A stretch of 64,000 nucleotides of DNA from the human T2T-CHM13v2.0 reference genome, Homo sapiens, in assembly GCF_009914755.1 (NCBI RefSeq), contig NC_060930.1, one strand, 5' to 3'. The notes under the pieces were generated by a model. It did no database searches. It had not been told where the DNA came from and was given only the letters and a program-made list of their open reading frames with translations. This document shows positions 48,932 through 58,100 of this stretch, one piece after another; position 1 is the first letter of the stretch, and every line of letters begins with the position of its first letter. A program made the translations under genes and the position numbers.

Positions 48932-49295
48932 GCCCAGAAGAGTATATTTTAGTTAAACATACACATGCCTGTGATCATCAAATACCAAGACTGTAATGAT
49001 TAGCTCAAGCTGTTGAGAAGCAGAAGCTGCCTTCTAATGGTGACATGCAGGATGCTCAGGCAGAATTTTAAATGGGTGCCACATTGAATACCTGACCACT
49101 CTATTTCAGAACTGTTCCTCCTCTGGATGCTTATATGCATTTATTATCTATTCCATTCACCCATCCAATAAGCACTACTACTGCTTTAAGACTCTTATGA
49201 ACCTCTTCCACTAAAGTTTAAGCTTCTGGATACCAGGGACAACTCTTTTTAATAATAATGGCAAATACTATTGAGTATCTCTTACGTGCTAGTCA

Positions 49296-49720
<425 letters not shown>

Positions 49721-49939
49721 GCCTGGATCTGACACTTCTTAGCTGTTTGCATGACCTTTGGTGAGTTGCCTCAGTTTCCACCTCTGTAAGGTAGGGAGGA
49801 TAGAGTATCTACCTCAAGGGTTGTTGTGAAGATTAAGAGTTGATACTTGTAAAATGCTTAGAATAGTTCCTGGCACACAATAGGTACTCATTAAGTGTTT
49901 GTTGTTTGTTGTTGTTGTTATTGTAACCATTATTGCTTA

Positions 49940-50025
49940 TAGGAAAGTCCCTTGTCTGGGAAACCCTCGGTCCTGGTTTTAGCATGGAAAGTCCCATGGC
50001 CTTGGTAAAAGTTCAAAACGGGTCC
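49940..50025. mobile_element. MER81-like (hAT-Blackjack) fragment with two perfect kB sites
   Basis: ggttttagcatggaaagtccc unit shared with 52909-53070; GGAAAGTCCC at 49942 and 49986. Confidence 0.65.
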
Positions 50026-50228
50026 ATATGGCAGGCTGAGGACAGAGAGTCAGCCTGGCGCCCTGGTGGTCACTCTCCACTGTCCTGCATCTTTTTCAGA
50101 GCTCACCTCTGAAAAACTGCCCCTTACTCTTTGTAATTGCCACCCTCCCAGTATTTCAGGACACTGTACTACTTAGCCAACAGGGTGTACAGAAATCATA
50201 TACCTTTTTCGCACATTCTTCTATGTAC

Positions 50229-50428
50229 TAAGCTTGTCCAACCCGCCTTATTCTGTTGTCGTTGTTGTTCTGTTTTGTTTTGTTTTAGGCTTTTAGCAGC
50301 CTGAAGCCGTGGTTTTTAGTTTCTGTCTCTAATGAAGCTGAAAAGAGGGATGAGGAAGGGGCTTTACTGGCCCAGCCAGAAACAGAAACTAAGAACCTGT
50401 GACTGTATTCAGTCTCTTTAACATCCCA
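50229..50428 (-). mobile_element. MER30B-like hAT-Charlie MITE
   Basis: aagcttgtccaacccgcc...gcttttagcagcctgaagcc...gaaacagaaactaagaac. Confidence 0.7.
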
Positions 50429-50564
50429 GATTGTAGACCATCACTCTAGTTTCCCCACTTCCTGTTAACTTTTATAACTATCTCTGAACTTTAACAGAAC
50501 ACTATTTTGTGTTTGCAAATAACGTGCTAAAACGCCTTTCCTAGCCGAATCAAACCCTAGCATC

Positions 50565-50580
50565 TAGTGCCCCCTGCTGC
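50565..50580 (-). promoter_or_regulatory. CTCF motif candidate
   Basis: Minus strand GCAGCAGGGGGCACTA. Confidence 0.55.
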
Positions 50581-50879
50581 CCTTTCATAGGAAAGGCAAG
50601 AAGGATGAAAGTTTGATTCACTGACAGTAAAATTTTTACTTGTCGAGATTTCAATAGGAATCGGTATAAATATCCTAAATTATATTCACGTTTCATCTTT
50701 TCTTTGAACCTACTCCTTGACTTGGTTTTTTGTCTTGCCTTTGCGAACATTCATTTTTGCTTAATTATATTTTTCTCATTTATATTTGCTTTCCTTGAAT
50801 TTCCTTTTGGTTGTTTTGCTATTGCTATTTGAACTTGTTTTGTCTTGGCTCTTTCTCACTTTGGCCATGCCTTGACACA

Positions 50880-51600
50880 GACGCGCGGGGTCGAGAGGCT
50901 GCGGGCTCGGCGGGCGGAGGGCGCATGGGAGCCTCTTGGCCCTGGACCTGCCCCTGCAATCCTTCCGCGGGATCTCTTGGACCCTCTCCAGGGTCCTGGC
51001 TCTGAGACGTTGCTAGAGGACAAATCCGCGGGATTTAGAGCGCGGCCAATGGGACAGCGGTGCCTGGCTGAGTGTCAGGCAAAACTAGCCAATAAACATG
51101 TAGTTTGGGCAAGGTGGGTCCGTCCCCTAACTCGGACCTTATAAAGCGCGCCCGCTGCTCCCACAAAGCCGGGCTGTCCCAGGCTGAGGCGGTTGCTCCC
51201 CTGCCGGGTGTGTTAGAAGCAAGTTAGAGGAAGAAGGTCTTGGGGACTACGGGCGCCACCGAGAACCCATACGAGGCAGCCGCCGACGGCGGGTCGCCGG
51301 GGCGGGGCCAGAACGGCGCCAAGGCCAACCAGAACGGCGGCAAGAACTAGGGGGACGCGGGGCAGGTGCTGTGGGAGTTGGCTGGACCTGTGGGATCGAC
51401 GTCTGCGCCGTCCAGGAGCCGCCCAGGGGAGAGAGCGGAGACTCGGGAGGAGGATGTGCGCTCCGACCCGGGCAAGGCTTCCCATCCCTCCCTTCCTCTT
51501 CTCTCCTTCCCTCCACCTGGGCTCGGAGTCAGGATCTGACCGCGGGCTCTGCCCAGGAAGACCGAGTTCCTTGAGAGCGACACCTAAGCGCCGGGGAAGA
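50880..51600 (+). promoter_or_regulatory. CpG-island promoter with two CCAAT boxes and a TATA box
   Basis: Dense CpGs; CCAAT 51046 and 51089; TATAAAG 51140-51146; inferred TSS ~51170. Confidence 0.85.
51210..51361 (+). pseudogene. HNRNPAB-like unprocessed pseudogene, first coding exon homolog
   Basis: VLEAS*RKKVLGTTGATENPYEAAADGGSPGRGQNGAKANQNGGKN*GDAG vs hnRNP A/B MSEAGEEQPMETTGATENGHEA...NQNGAEGDQINASKNEEDAG; ATG>GTG, two TAG stops, phase-2 donor now gcaggt. Confidence 0.85.
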
Positions 51601-51994
51601 CAGGGATAGAAGAGACGACAGCCCTTTGATAAGAGGGTTTTTAGACTAACTTCCACCTGTGACGAGTGCATGGGGCCTGCGCCCTGAGAGGTTGCCTTTC
51701 CTTTTCCTCTCCCACCCTGGGGGTTTGTGGTGATGTTAAGTTCTGTTAGGACCAAGGTGGATCTCAGTAAGGAGGTAGAGTAGATTTGTGAACAGCTGTC
51801 GGAGGTAGAATCTTTGCAGACCCAGAGTGGGTGGGTGTAGACACTTTGCCATGGGTGGTAGCTTTATTTGTAATCCTCCCAGTGAAAGCTTTGGGAAATC
51901 CAGCCCTCCCAAACTCTTGCCTTTCTTGTAAGACTTTCTAAGCGCATGGCTTTGTCGTAAGACTTCTCGTGGCCATGTGTCTCACCCTACCGTT

Positions 51995-52159
51995 CGTCTC
52001 ACCAATGAACCAGAGCTGGGATACCAGCAAAAAGGACCCAAAAGACTGTTTCACCACAATTGAAGAGGTCGTGGACCATCCCCCAAAATGAATCCCAACA
52101 CTGGAAGACCAAGAGGGTTGACGTTTGCTATCTTGAAAGCTGCAGCCCCCGTAGAGAAG
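51995..52159 (+). pseudogene. HNRNPAB-like pseudogene, RRM1 exon homolog
   Basis: [49 protein letters not shown]|gtaagc vs [50 protein letters not shown]; -1 frameshift near 52083; 5' edge eroded. Confidence 0.9.
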
Positions 52160-52899
52160 GTAAGCTGTGTATTCCATCAAAGGTCTGTGTGTGCAGGATT
52201 GCATTTCCAAGAGAAGGCATTCCTGGATCATGATCATTTTGTCTGAGCTGCATGTGGCCAAGTGCACTGGGGGAAGCAGAGTTTAGGAACTTGTTCCTGT
52301 ATGGATTAAGTGGGAAGTGAAAAGTATTAAATATATGGGCGGGAGTGGTCCAGGAAGGGGAGAGTGGACATTTAGTACCTGTTTGGGCCCCTGCACTAAA
52401 TGCTTCACATATAAGGATTAGAAAAACACCCAAAGATTCTTAGATAGGCATTTCAGTGCCATTTTACAGAAGGAAAAACTAAGATGCAGAGAGGATTAAG
52501 CAACTAGAAGAGACCACATAGTGAGTAAAGCGTGGAACAGCAAGGATTCCAACCCTGTAGCGCAGCTTTATGTCTGGAGGAAGCAAGTCTTAGACTGGGA
52601 CTGTCAGGCCAGGAAGAAAACTCAGAGCATGGACAAAAGGTTCAGAGGGAGTGAGGACCGATTTATATGTGTTGAGGTAAACCAGGTGGATTTCTGTTTT
52701 GGAGAAAATTGGGAAGTCAGGCTTAGGTAGAGGGTGGTGTGTTTGGAGGGGATAAAATATTTTGTGCACCTGTAGTTTGTGTATTCCACCTGTGGTAGAA
52801 TCTTGTGGCTCAGAAAGAAAGAACCTGCCTCGGGTAATGCTACTAAGAAATGCCAAACAGAATTAGAACCAGAGTCTACTTAACCCCCTTCTCAGAAGA

Positions 52900-53110
52900 A
52901 ATTGTCCAGGTTTTAGCACTGAAAGTCTTACATCTTGGGAAACTGAACCGTCCCAGTTTTAATGCTAAAAGTCCCTCATCCTGGGAAATCCCTTAGCTGT
53001 GGTTTTAGCACTGACAGTCCTGCTTCCTAGGAAACTCCTTACTTCTGGTTTTAGCCCTGAAAGTCCCCAAACCCCTTAGTCCTTGGCAAATCTGGATGAT
53101 TGATCCACTT
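52900..53110. repeat. 4 x 46-bp tandem array of a MER81/Blackjack subterminal unit
   Basis: (g/a)gtttta(g/a)..ct(g/a)a(a/c)agtc starts at 52909, 52955, 53001, 53047. Confidence 0.8.
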
Positions 53111-53128
53111 ACCCTTCTGTTGGAACAG

Positions 53129-53288
53129 ATCCTAGAGCAGAAGGAGCACAGGCTGGGCTGCCATAGCATGGACCCCCAAAAAGCCACTGTCATGAAGAAA
53201 TATCCTGTGAAGAAAATCTTTGCAGGGCACCTGAACTCCCAAAGCCACTGAGGAGAAGGTAAGGGAGTACTTTGGTGAGTTTGGGGAG
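53129..53288 (+). pseudogene. HNRNPAB-like pseudogene, RRM1/RRM2 junction exon homolog
   Basis: aacag|[53 protein letters not shown]|gtgaat vs [53 protein letters not shown]; 160 nt vs 159 expected (+1 frameshift). Confidence 0.92.
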
Positions 53289-53488
53289 GTGAATTTCTCC
53301 CCAGGATATGGTTTATGCTCCCCACCAGCCACCAGTGGATGCTTTTTTCTGTTTTCCTTGGCTGGTGGAGTTGTCAGTGGAGCTGCTCTCACCTCCTTTC
53401 TTGCCTTTGGAGGGCCGCCTTTTCTGAGTTCCCTTTAGGGCCTGAGCCAGGGGAAGGCATTGGCCCTGAGCTTTGCCTGTGTTTCCAG

Positions 53489-53618
53489 ATGGAGGCCATT
53501 GAACTTTCAGTGGATCCAAAGTCTAACAAAAGACAATGTCTTGTTTTCGTCACCCCCCAAAGAAGAGGAACCTGTGAGAAATATTCTGGAGAAATTTAAC
53601 ACCATCAGTGGAAGCAAG
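53489..53618 (+). pseudogene. HNRNPAB-like pseudogene, RRM2 exon homolog
   Basis: ttccag|MEAIELSVDPKSNKRQCLVFVTP/KEEEPVRNILEKFNTISGSK|gtgagg vs [44 protein letters not shown]. Confidence 0.92.
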
Positions 53619-53692
53619 GTGAGGAGTCTCTACCTCCATGTGCCTCCCCTCCTGCCTCTGGAGAGGTAGCCCTTTGGTTAATGGCAACCCAA

Positions 53693-55230
53693 TAGGGTAA
53701 CCAACCATCCCATTTTAGCATTGAGAGCATTGTGTCCTGGGAGACCCTTCCCTGGAATGTAAATAATCCTGGTTTTAGCAACAAAGTGTGGAAGGTTGGA
53801 GGAAATGCACAAAACCCGTAAGTTTTAGAGGGTCTGAAAGCAACATTGTCTATCAAATGGATACGGCACAGATTATTCATCTTTACTTGTTGTCACCCAT
53901 TTGACCACTGATACTGGCAACCATAATTTGTAGTTCAGAATGGTCATCCATCCATCGTTGCATCATTCAAAGTGATGTGGCTTAAGTGTATATAATGATT
54001 ATTAATAGTTCATCTTCGACTTTGCCTGTGGATTAATTGGTGTGCTTTGTAACAAGATAGTGCTAGTTTAATTTTTTAACATTGTGAATATTGTGACCAT
54101 GTTTTCTAAGAGGTCAGATAATGAGAATGGTTATAATACCAATGCAACCATGACCCCATCACTGAAGAAGAAGGCTAAACGACTATGTAATTTTGATGAT
54201 GGATGGAAGGACACATACTACTGAACTAGGAAGGTAAATAACCAAAACAGAGCATACTACATAATATACAGAAAAAAATTTGAGATTGGACATGGTGGAG
54301 AAGGGGATGTGCAAGCACATATGGAGGGCAAATCTCACAAGTAAGATGGGACAGGTGAATGCTTCTAAACCAATCAAAAATACCTTTGTTTCCCCAAAAG
54401 ACACCAATGCTCAGTCAAAAATAGCAGCTGCTGAATTAGCATGGGCATACCAGGCAAATAAGCCTGCATTGTCATAGCGTTCCCTTGATTGCTCTATGAA
54501 ACTGAGTAAAGTTTCATTTCCTGATTCAAGAATTGCAGCTAAAATATCCTCTGGACAAAGAAGAAGGGAAATTTTTTGATAACAGATGTGTTGGCTCCTT
54601 ACAGTATAAAGCCAATTTCTGTCATATCTCACCAACAATCCTGGTTTCTACAGTACATCAATTTTAAGTAATATGCCAAATCATGGCAGCAAAAATATGT
54701 TCCCTCTAGCTGTTAGGTACTTTGACTTGAAAACAGGAGTTTCAAATCATCTTCTTCATTTCTGTGAGGATTTTAATGAAACTGCTGAAATCATAAAATA
54801 TTGTTGATATTTTGTCTAAATACAAACTAGACTTAGCTCATCTATCTGTGTATTCGTCAGACAGTATAGATGTAAAATTTTGGCAAATTGCATTCAGTCT
54901 ACAAACTTCTTACCAAAGAAAATGAAAAGATCTTATCCATTCAATGCCTTGTACATCTTATATACAACACTGCTAAAAAGGGATGTGAGTTGCTTAAATG
55001 TGACATTGAGACTTTCATAATGAAAGCTTTTGGTTACTTTTCAATTTCCTCAAAAAGTGCAAAAGCACTTATGGAGATTTTTGACTTCACAGAAATGGAA
55101 GGTAACCTCTTTAGACGTGTGCCTGCAAGATGGCTGTCATTGTAAGTGAGCCATAGAAACGATGCTAAAATGTTGGCCTGCCATAAGATCATATTTTCAA
55201 AGGACAAGAATAATGTCCTTTGACATTGTT
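53693..55230 (+). mobile_element. hAT (Blackjack-type) DNA transposon with a degenerate transposase
   Basis: TIR-like tagggtaaccaaccatccc at 53693; ATG 54099 MFSKRS...KRLCNFDDGW; degenerate Zn finger AYYIIYRKKFEIGHGGEGDVQAHMEGKSH; SNMPNHGSKNMFPLAVRYFD (first catalytic D region); CLVHLIYNTAK (CxxH); ARWLSL and CWPAIRSYF; many stops and frameshifts; no C-terminus seen. Confidence 0.85.
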
Positions 55231-55529
55231 TGAAATCTGAAAGGAGAAAAAAATCAAGAATCTGAAGTGGGCCTTAAAAAAATCAGTAAGTCCCTTGTGA
55301 CTCTGATTTTTATGAATCTGTCTCTCAAAAGCCAGGGTGCCCCCAGAAGAACTGAGACAAACTGAGTTTCTGAACATTTGAAAATGAGGAGCAGGCTCAG
55401 GATCCACAGGGTGTAACCATCCCGTGAGGCCCTGCCTGAGCAGCCAGCCAGTCAGTGAGGCTCTTCACCTTACTTCCATTTCTCTGATTCCATCTATGTA
55501 CAACTTACGAAAACTTGCATTATTATAGA

Positions 55530-55972
55530 CTGGGAGTTCTTAAATTGGAATCTGTGAATCTAAAGGGGCCAGAGGATAGAAATCAGGAAATCTGAAAACT
55601 TCGATGGAAAAAAGTTTTTATTTATTTCCATCAGGAAAATAGGCAACAAACCACAGCAGTATTAGTACCTGTGTCTCTGTCATCACTAGGAATCACAGAT
55701 ATCCACGTTACAGATATCTTAAAATATTTATGTACAGCACCACTCTGAAATTATGGTAATAATTAGATCCACCCCCTAGGTCTTGTAATCTTTAATATGT
55801 TAATAAAGAAGCACATCTATTATGTGACAGATTTAAATGTTTAAGAATTTGATTTCAATGAAATTGCATTTCAATAAAATTGGCTTCCTTTGCAATCCTG
55901 TGTATTTTATTTTGTGCATTTCTCCAGACTGCCAAAGAGGTTGGTGACACATTGAAAGTTAAGAGTCTCTGC
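55530..55972. mobile_element. old hAT-Charlie-like fragment
   Basis: gggagttcttaaattggaatc...ccagactgccaaagaggttggtgacacattgaaagttaagagtctctg terminal motifs. Confidence 0.5.
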
Positions 55973-56894
55973 TGTGGATCATGCATAGAAAGCTTTACAA
56001 AACAGTTGAGGGGAATAGGCTTTCCTGCATCCTTACCTTGGGCTGCAGCCTTTCCATTAGCTGGAGAAGGCAGCAGCTGGTGCCTATGAGTTGAGAGGGC
56101 AGTGGTCCCTTTGCCTAAGAACCATCCTGTTCCCACATATTCAAGGGTATGGAATTCCCATAATATTCAAAGAGTTTTTCTTTAGTTTTAGGTGATACGC
56201 CTTGAGTAGGAATATCATGAGGCTGTTTCCAGCTTCGAGTATGTTGGTGATAGGGTGTAAGGGATCTCAGAGCATCTAGTCTTGTCCATATCTTAAATCC
56301 AGGCACTGAGGTCCAGAGGGGAGTTATTTACCCAGGTCACATCAGATGAAGATAATGAAGTATTCCAAGAGGATTTTAGTTTTATTCCAAATAGGGTAAG
56401 TGTTCTGAGAGTGTGAGGAGAGAAGGTGAGGAGGCTGGGGTAAGGATGGGCATAGAAGGGGATGGAAAGGAGGGCTGAGAGAACTCAGAACCAAATTTCA
56501 GGCTATCACTTTCTCCACGCCACATTCCAGTGCCTTGCCATCAACTCTTCTGTGAATCTTCAGGAATTTTATTAATTCCCCAGGACCAACTTAGACTTTC
56601 ATAAGTTAGATGTAGTTATATTACTTCCCTGAAGCACTTTTATGCACAAAGAATAGATGTAGCAAACAAACTTCACAAGATTTAATTTTTGAGTTTCCTT
56701 TTTTATTCTGAGGAATTCCGCTGTAATTCTCAGTGACACAGAACCTCTAGAGCTACTTCACTATGACAACCTTCTTCAAATCTCCAAAGGGCTGTTACAT
56801 AAGGAAGAGGGTCGGAGTTCTGTATTCAATCAAGAAGGCAGAAGATTGAGATGATAAGTTGCTACAGGGAGGCATAATTTAAAGTCAATTTAAA

Positions 56895-57170
56895 CTGTAA
56901 TCCCAGCACTTTGGGAGGCAGAGGCGGGAGGATTGCTTTGAGCTCAGGAATTCAAGACCATCCTGGGCAACACAGTGAAACCCCGTCTCTACAAAAAAAA
57001 AATAGTCGGGTGAGGTGGCACACACCTGTAATCCCAGCTACTTGGGAGGTTGAGGCTGGAGAATCGCTTGAACCCAGGAGGCAGGAGGCAGAGGTTGCAG
57101 TGAGACGGGATGGTGCCACTGCACTCCAGCCTGGGCGACCGACTGAGATCCTGTATTTAAAAAAAAAATA
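56895..57170 (+). mobile_element. 5'-truncated Alu
   Basis: Starts at ctgtaatcccagc; TSD-like a(a/g)gtca(a/g)tttaa. Confidence 0.88.
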
Positions 57171-57589
57171 AGGTCAGTTTAAGTTTCGTTCCTGGGATTG
57201 AGCGGATTGCCTTGCATTAGGCAAGGTTTTAAGTGCTTTCCAACTCTGGAATTCTATACCTTTCCCAGTAGATATCTAAACCCAGCAAATCCTGGGCCTG
57301 AAGTTTAAAACTAGGATCCTCGTCTCCCAACCACATCTAGATGATCCCATAGTGTAATGAAGGGTGCTTGGGCTTTGACACCAGGCAAACTTGGATTTTG
57401 ACCTGGGACAACTAAGTCACTTGACCTCACTGAACCTTAGCTCCCTCCACTGACAGTGGGGACAGTCTGCTGGAGGGTGTGTAGAAGACCTCGGGTTGCC
57501 TTTTGGAGGTTCTGGAAATGTCCCTTGAAAGATGAATGGAGTTAATTTAAAAATCTTCGCCTTCTGTAATTTTGGCTTCTTGCAAACAC

Positions 57590-58100
57590 GCTTCCTGCCA
57601 GTCCTGCTCCGTCAGGCGGGAGGCAGCAAACCCCAGCCCTGGCTCCAGGACAGGGCCGAAGGCAGGATAGACGGAGCAACGGGTCCGGCTGCCGCCGGGA
57701 TGTTGCAGCACAGGGCCTCCTGGCTGCCTGGCCTACAGGCCGCCCGGATTCAGCCGGAGGGCATGGACCGGGTGGAGTCCTGCAAGGCGAGAAGGGACAC
57801 AGCGCATGCGCGCGGCAGGGAGGGCGTTTCCAGGAGGGAGCGGCCTTTGCTCAGCGCGAGACGGCTGGGCGCCGAGTGGGACAGCGCTGGTGCGGAGACT
57901 GCTTCCGGACTCCAGGTACCGCGCTTGGCGGCAGCTGGCCCCAGACTTCTGTCTTTTCAGCTGCAGTGAAGGCTCGGGGCTGCAGGTGAGCTGTGCATCC
58001 CGCAATGGAGACCTTCCTGCTCTGAATTTTCTTACAAAACTGCAGAAATATAAGGGGCGTTGCTTAGCGGGCATCCCCTCCCCCGCGCCAAACCTGTACA
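57590..58100 (+). promoter_or_regulatory. TMEM14A: TMEM14A CpG-island promoter
   Basis: CpG-rich; NRF1 palindrome GCGCATGCGC 57802-57811; ETS-like CTTCCGG 57902. Confidence 0.85.
57850..57985 (+). other. TMEM14A: TMEM14A non-coding exon 1 (5' UTR; start approximate)
   Basis: Ends at donor ctgcag|gtgagc; splices to ctttag|aattgc at 63827, 16 nt before the ATG. Confidence 0.8.

Larger units (their letters stand above)
51170..55895 (+). ncRNA. LOC730101: lncRNA/transcribed pseudogene unit upstream of TMEM14A (probably LOC730101)
   Basis: Promoter at ~51.1 kb, several consensus splice sites, AATAAA at 55802 and 55873; name assigned from recalled position about 6.7 kb upstream of TMEM14A, not verified. 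Confidence 0.6.

Noticed and set aside
50055-50075. Additional CTCF-like motif (minus-strand CCACCAGGGCGCC)
   Set aside because: Two mismatches at informative core positions
51213-51755. 180-aa minus-strand ORF
   Set aside because: Antisense of the GC-rich pseudo-exon/CpG island; no recognisable domain
57916-57960. Apparent GT..AG intron within TMEM14A exon 1
   Set aside because: 45 nt is below the usual minimum for a spliceosomal intron
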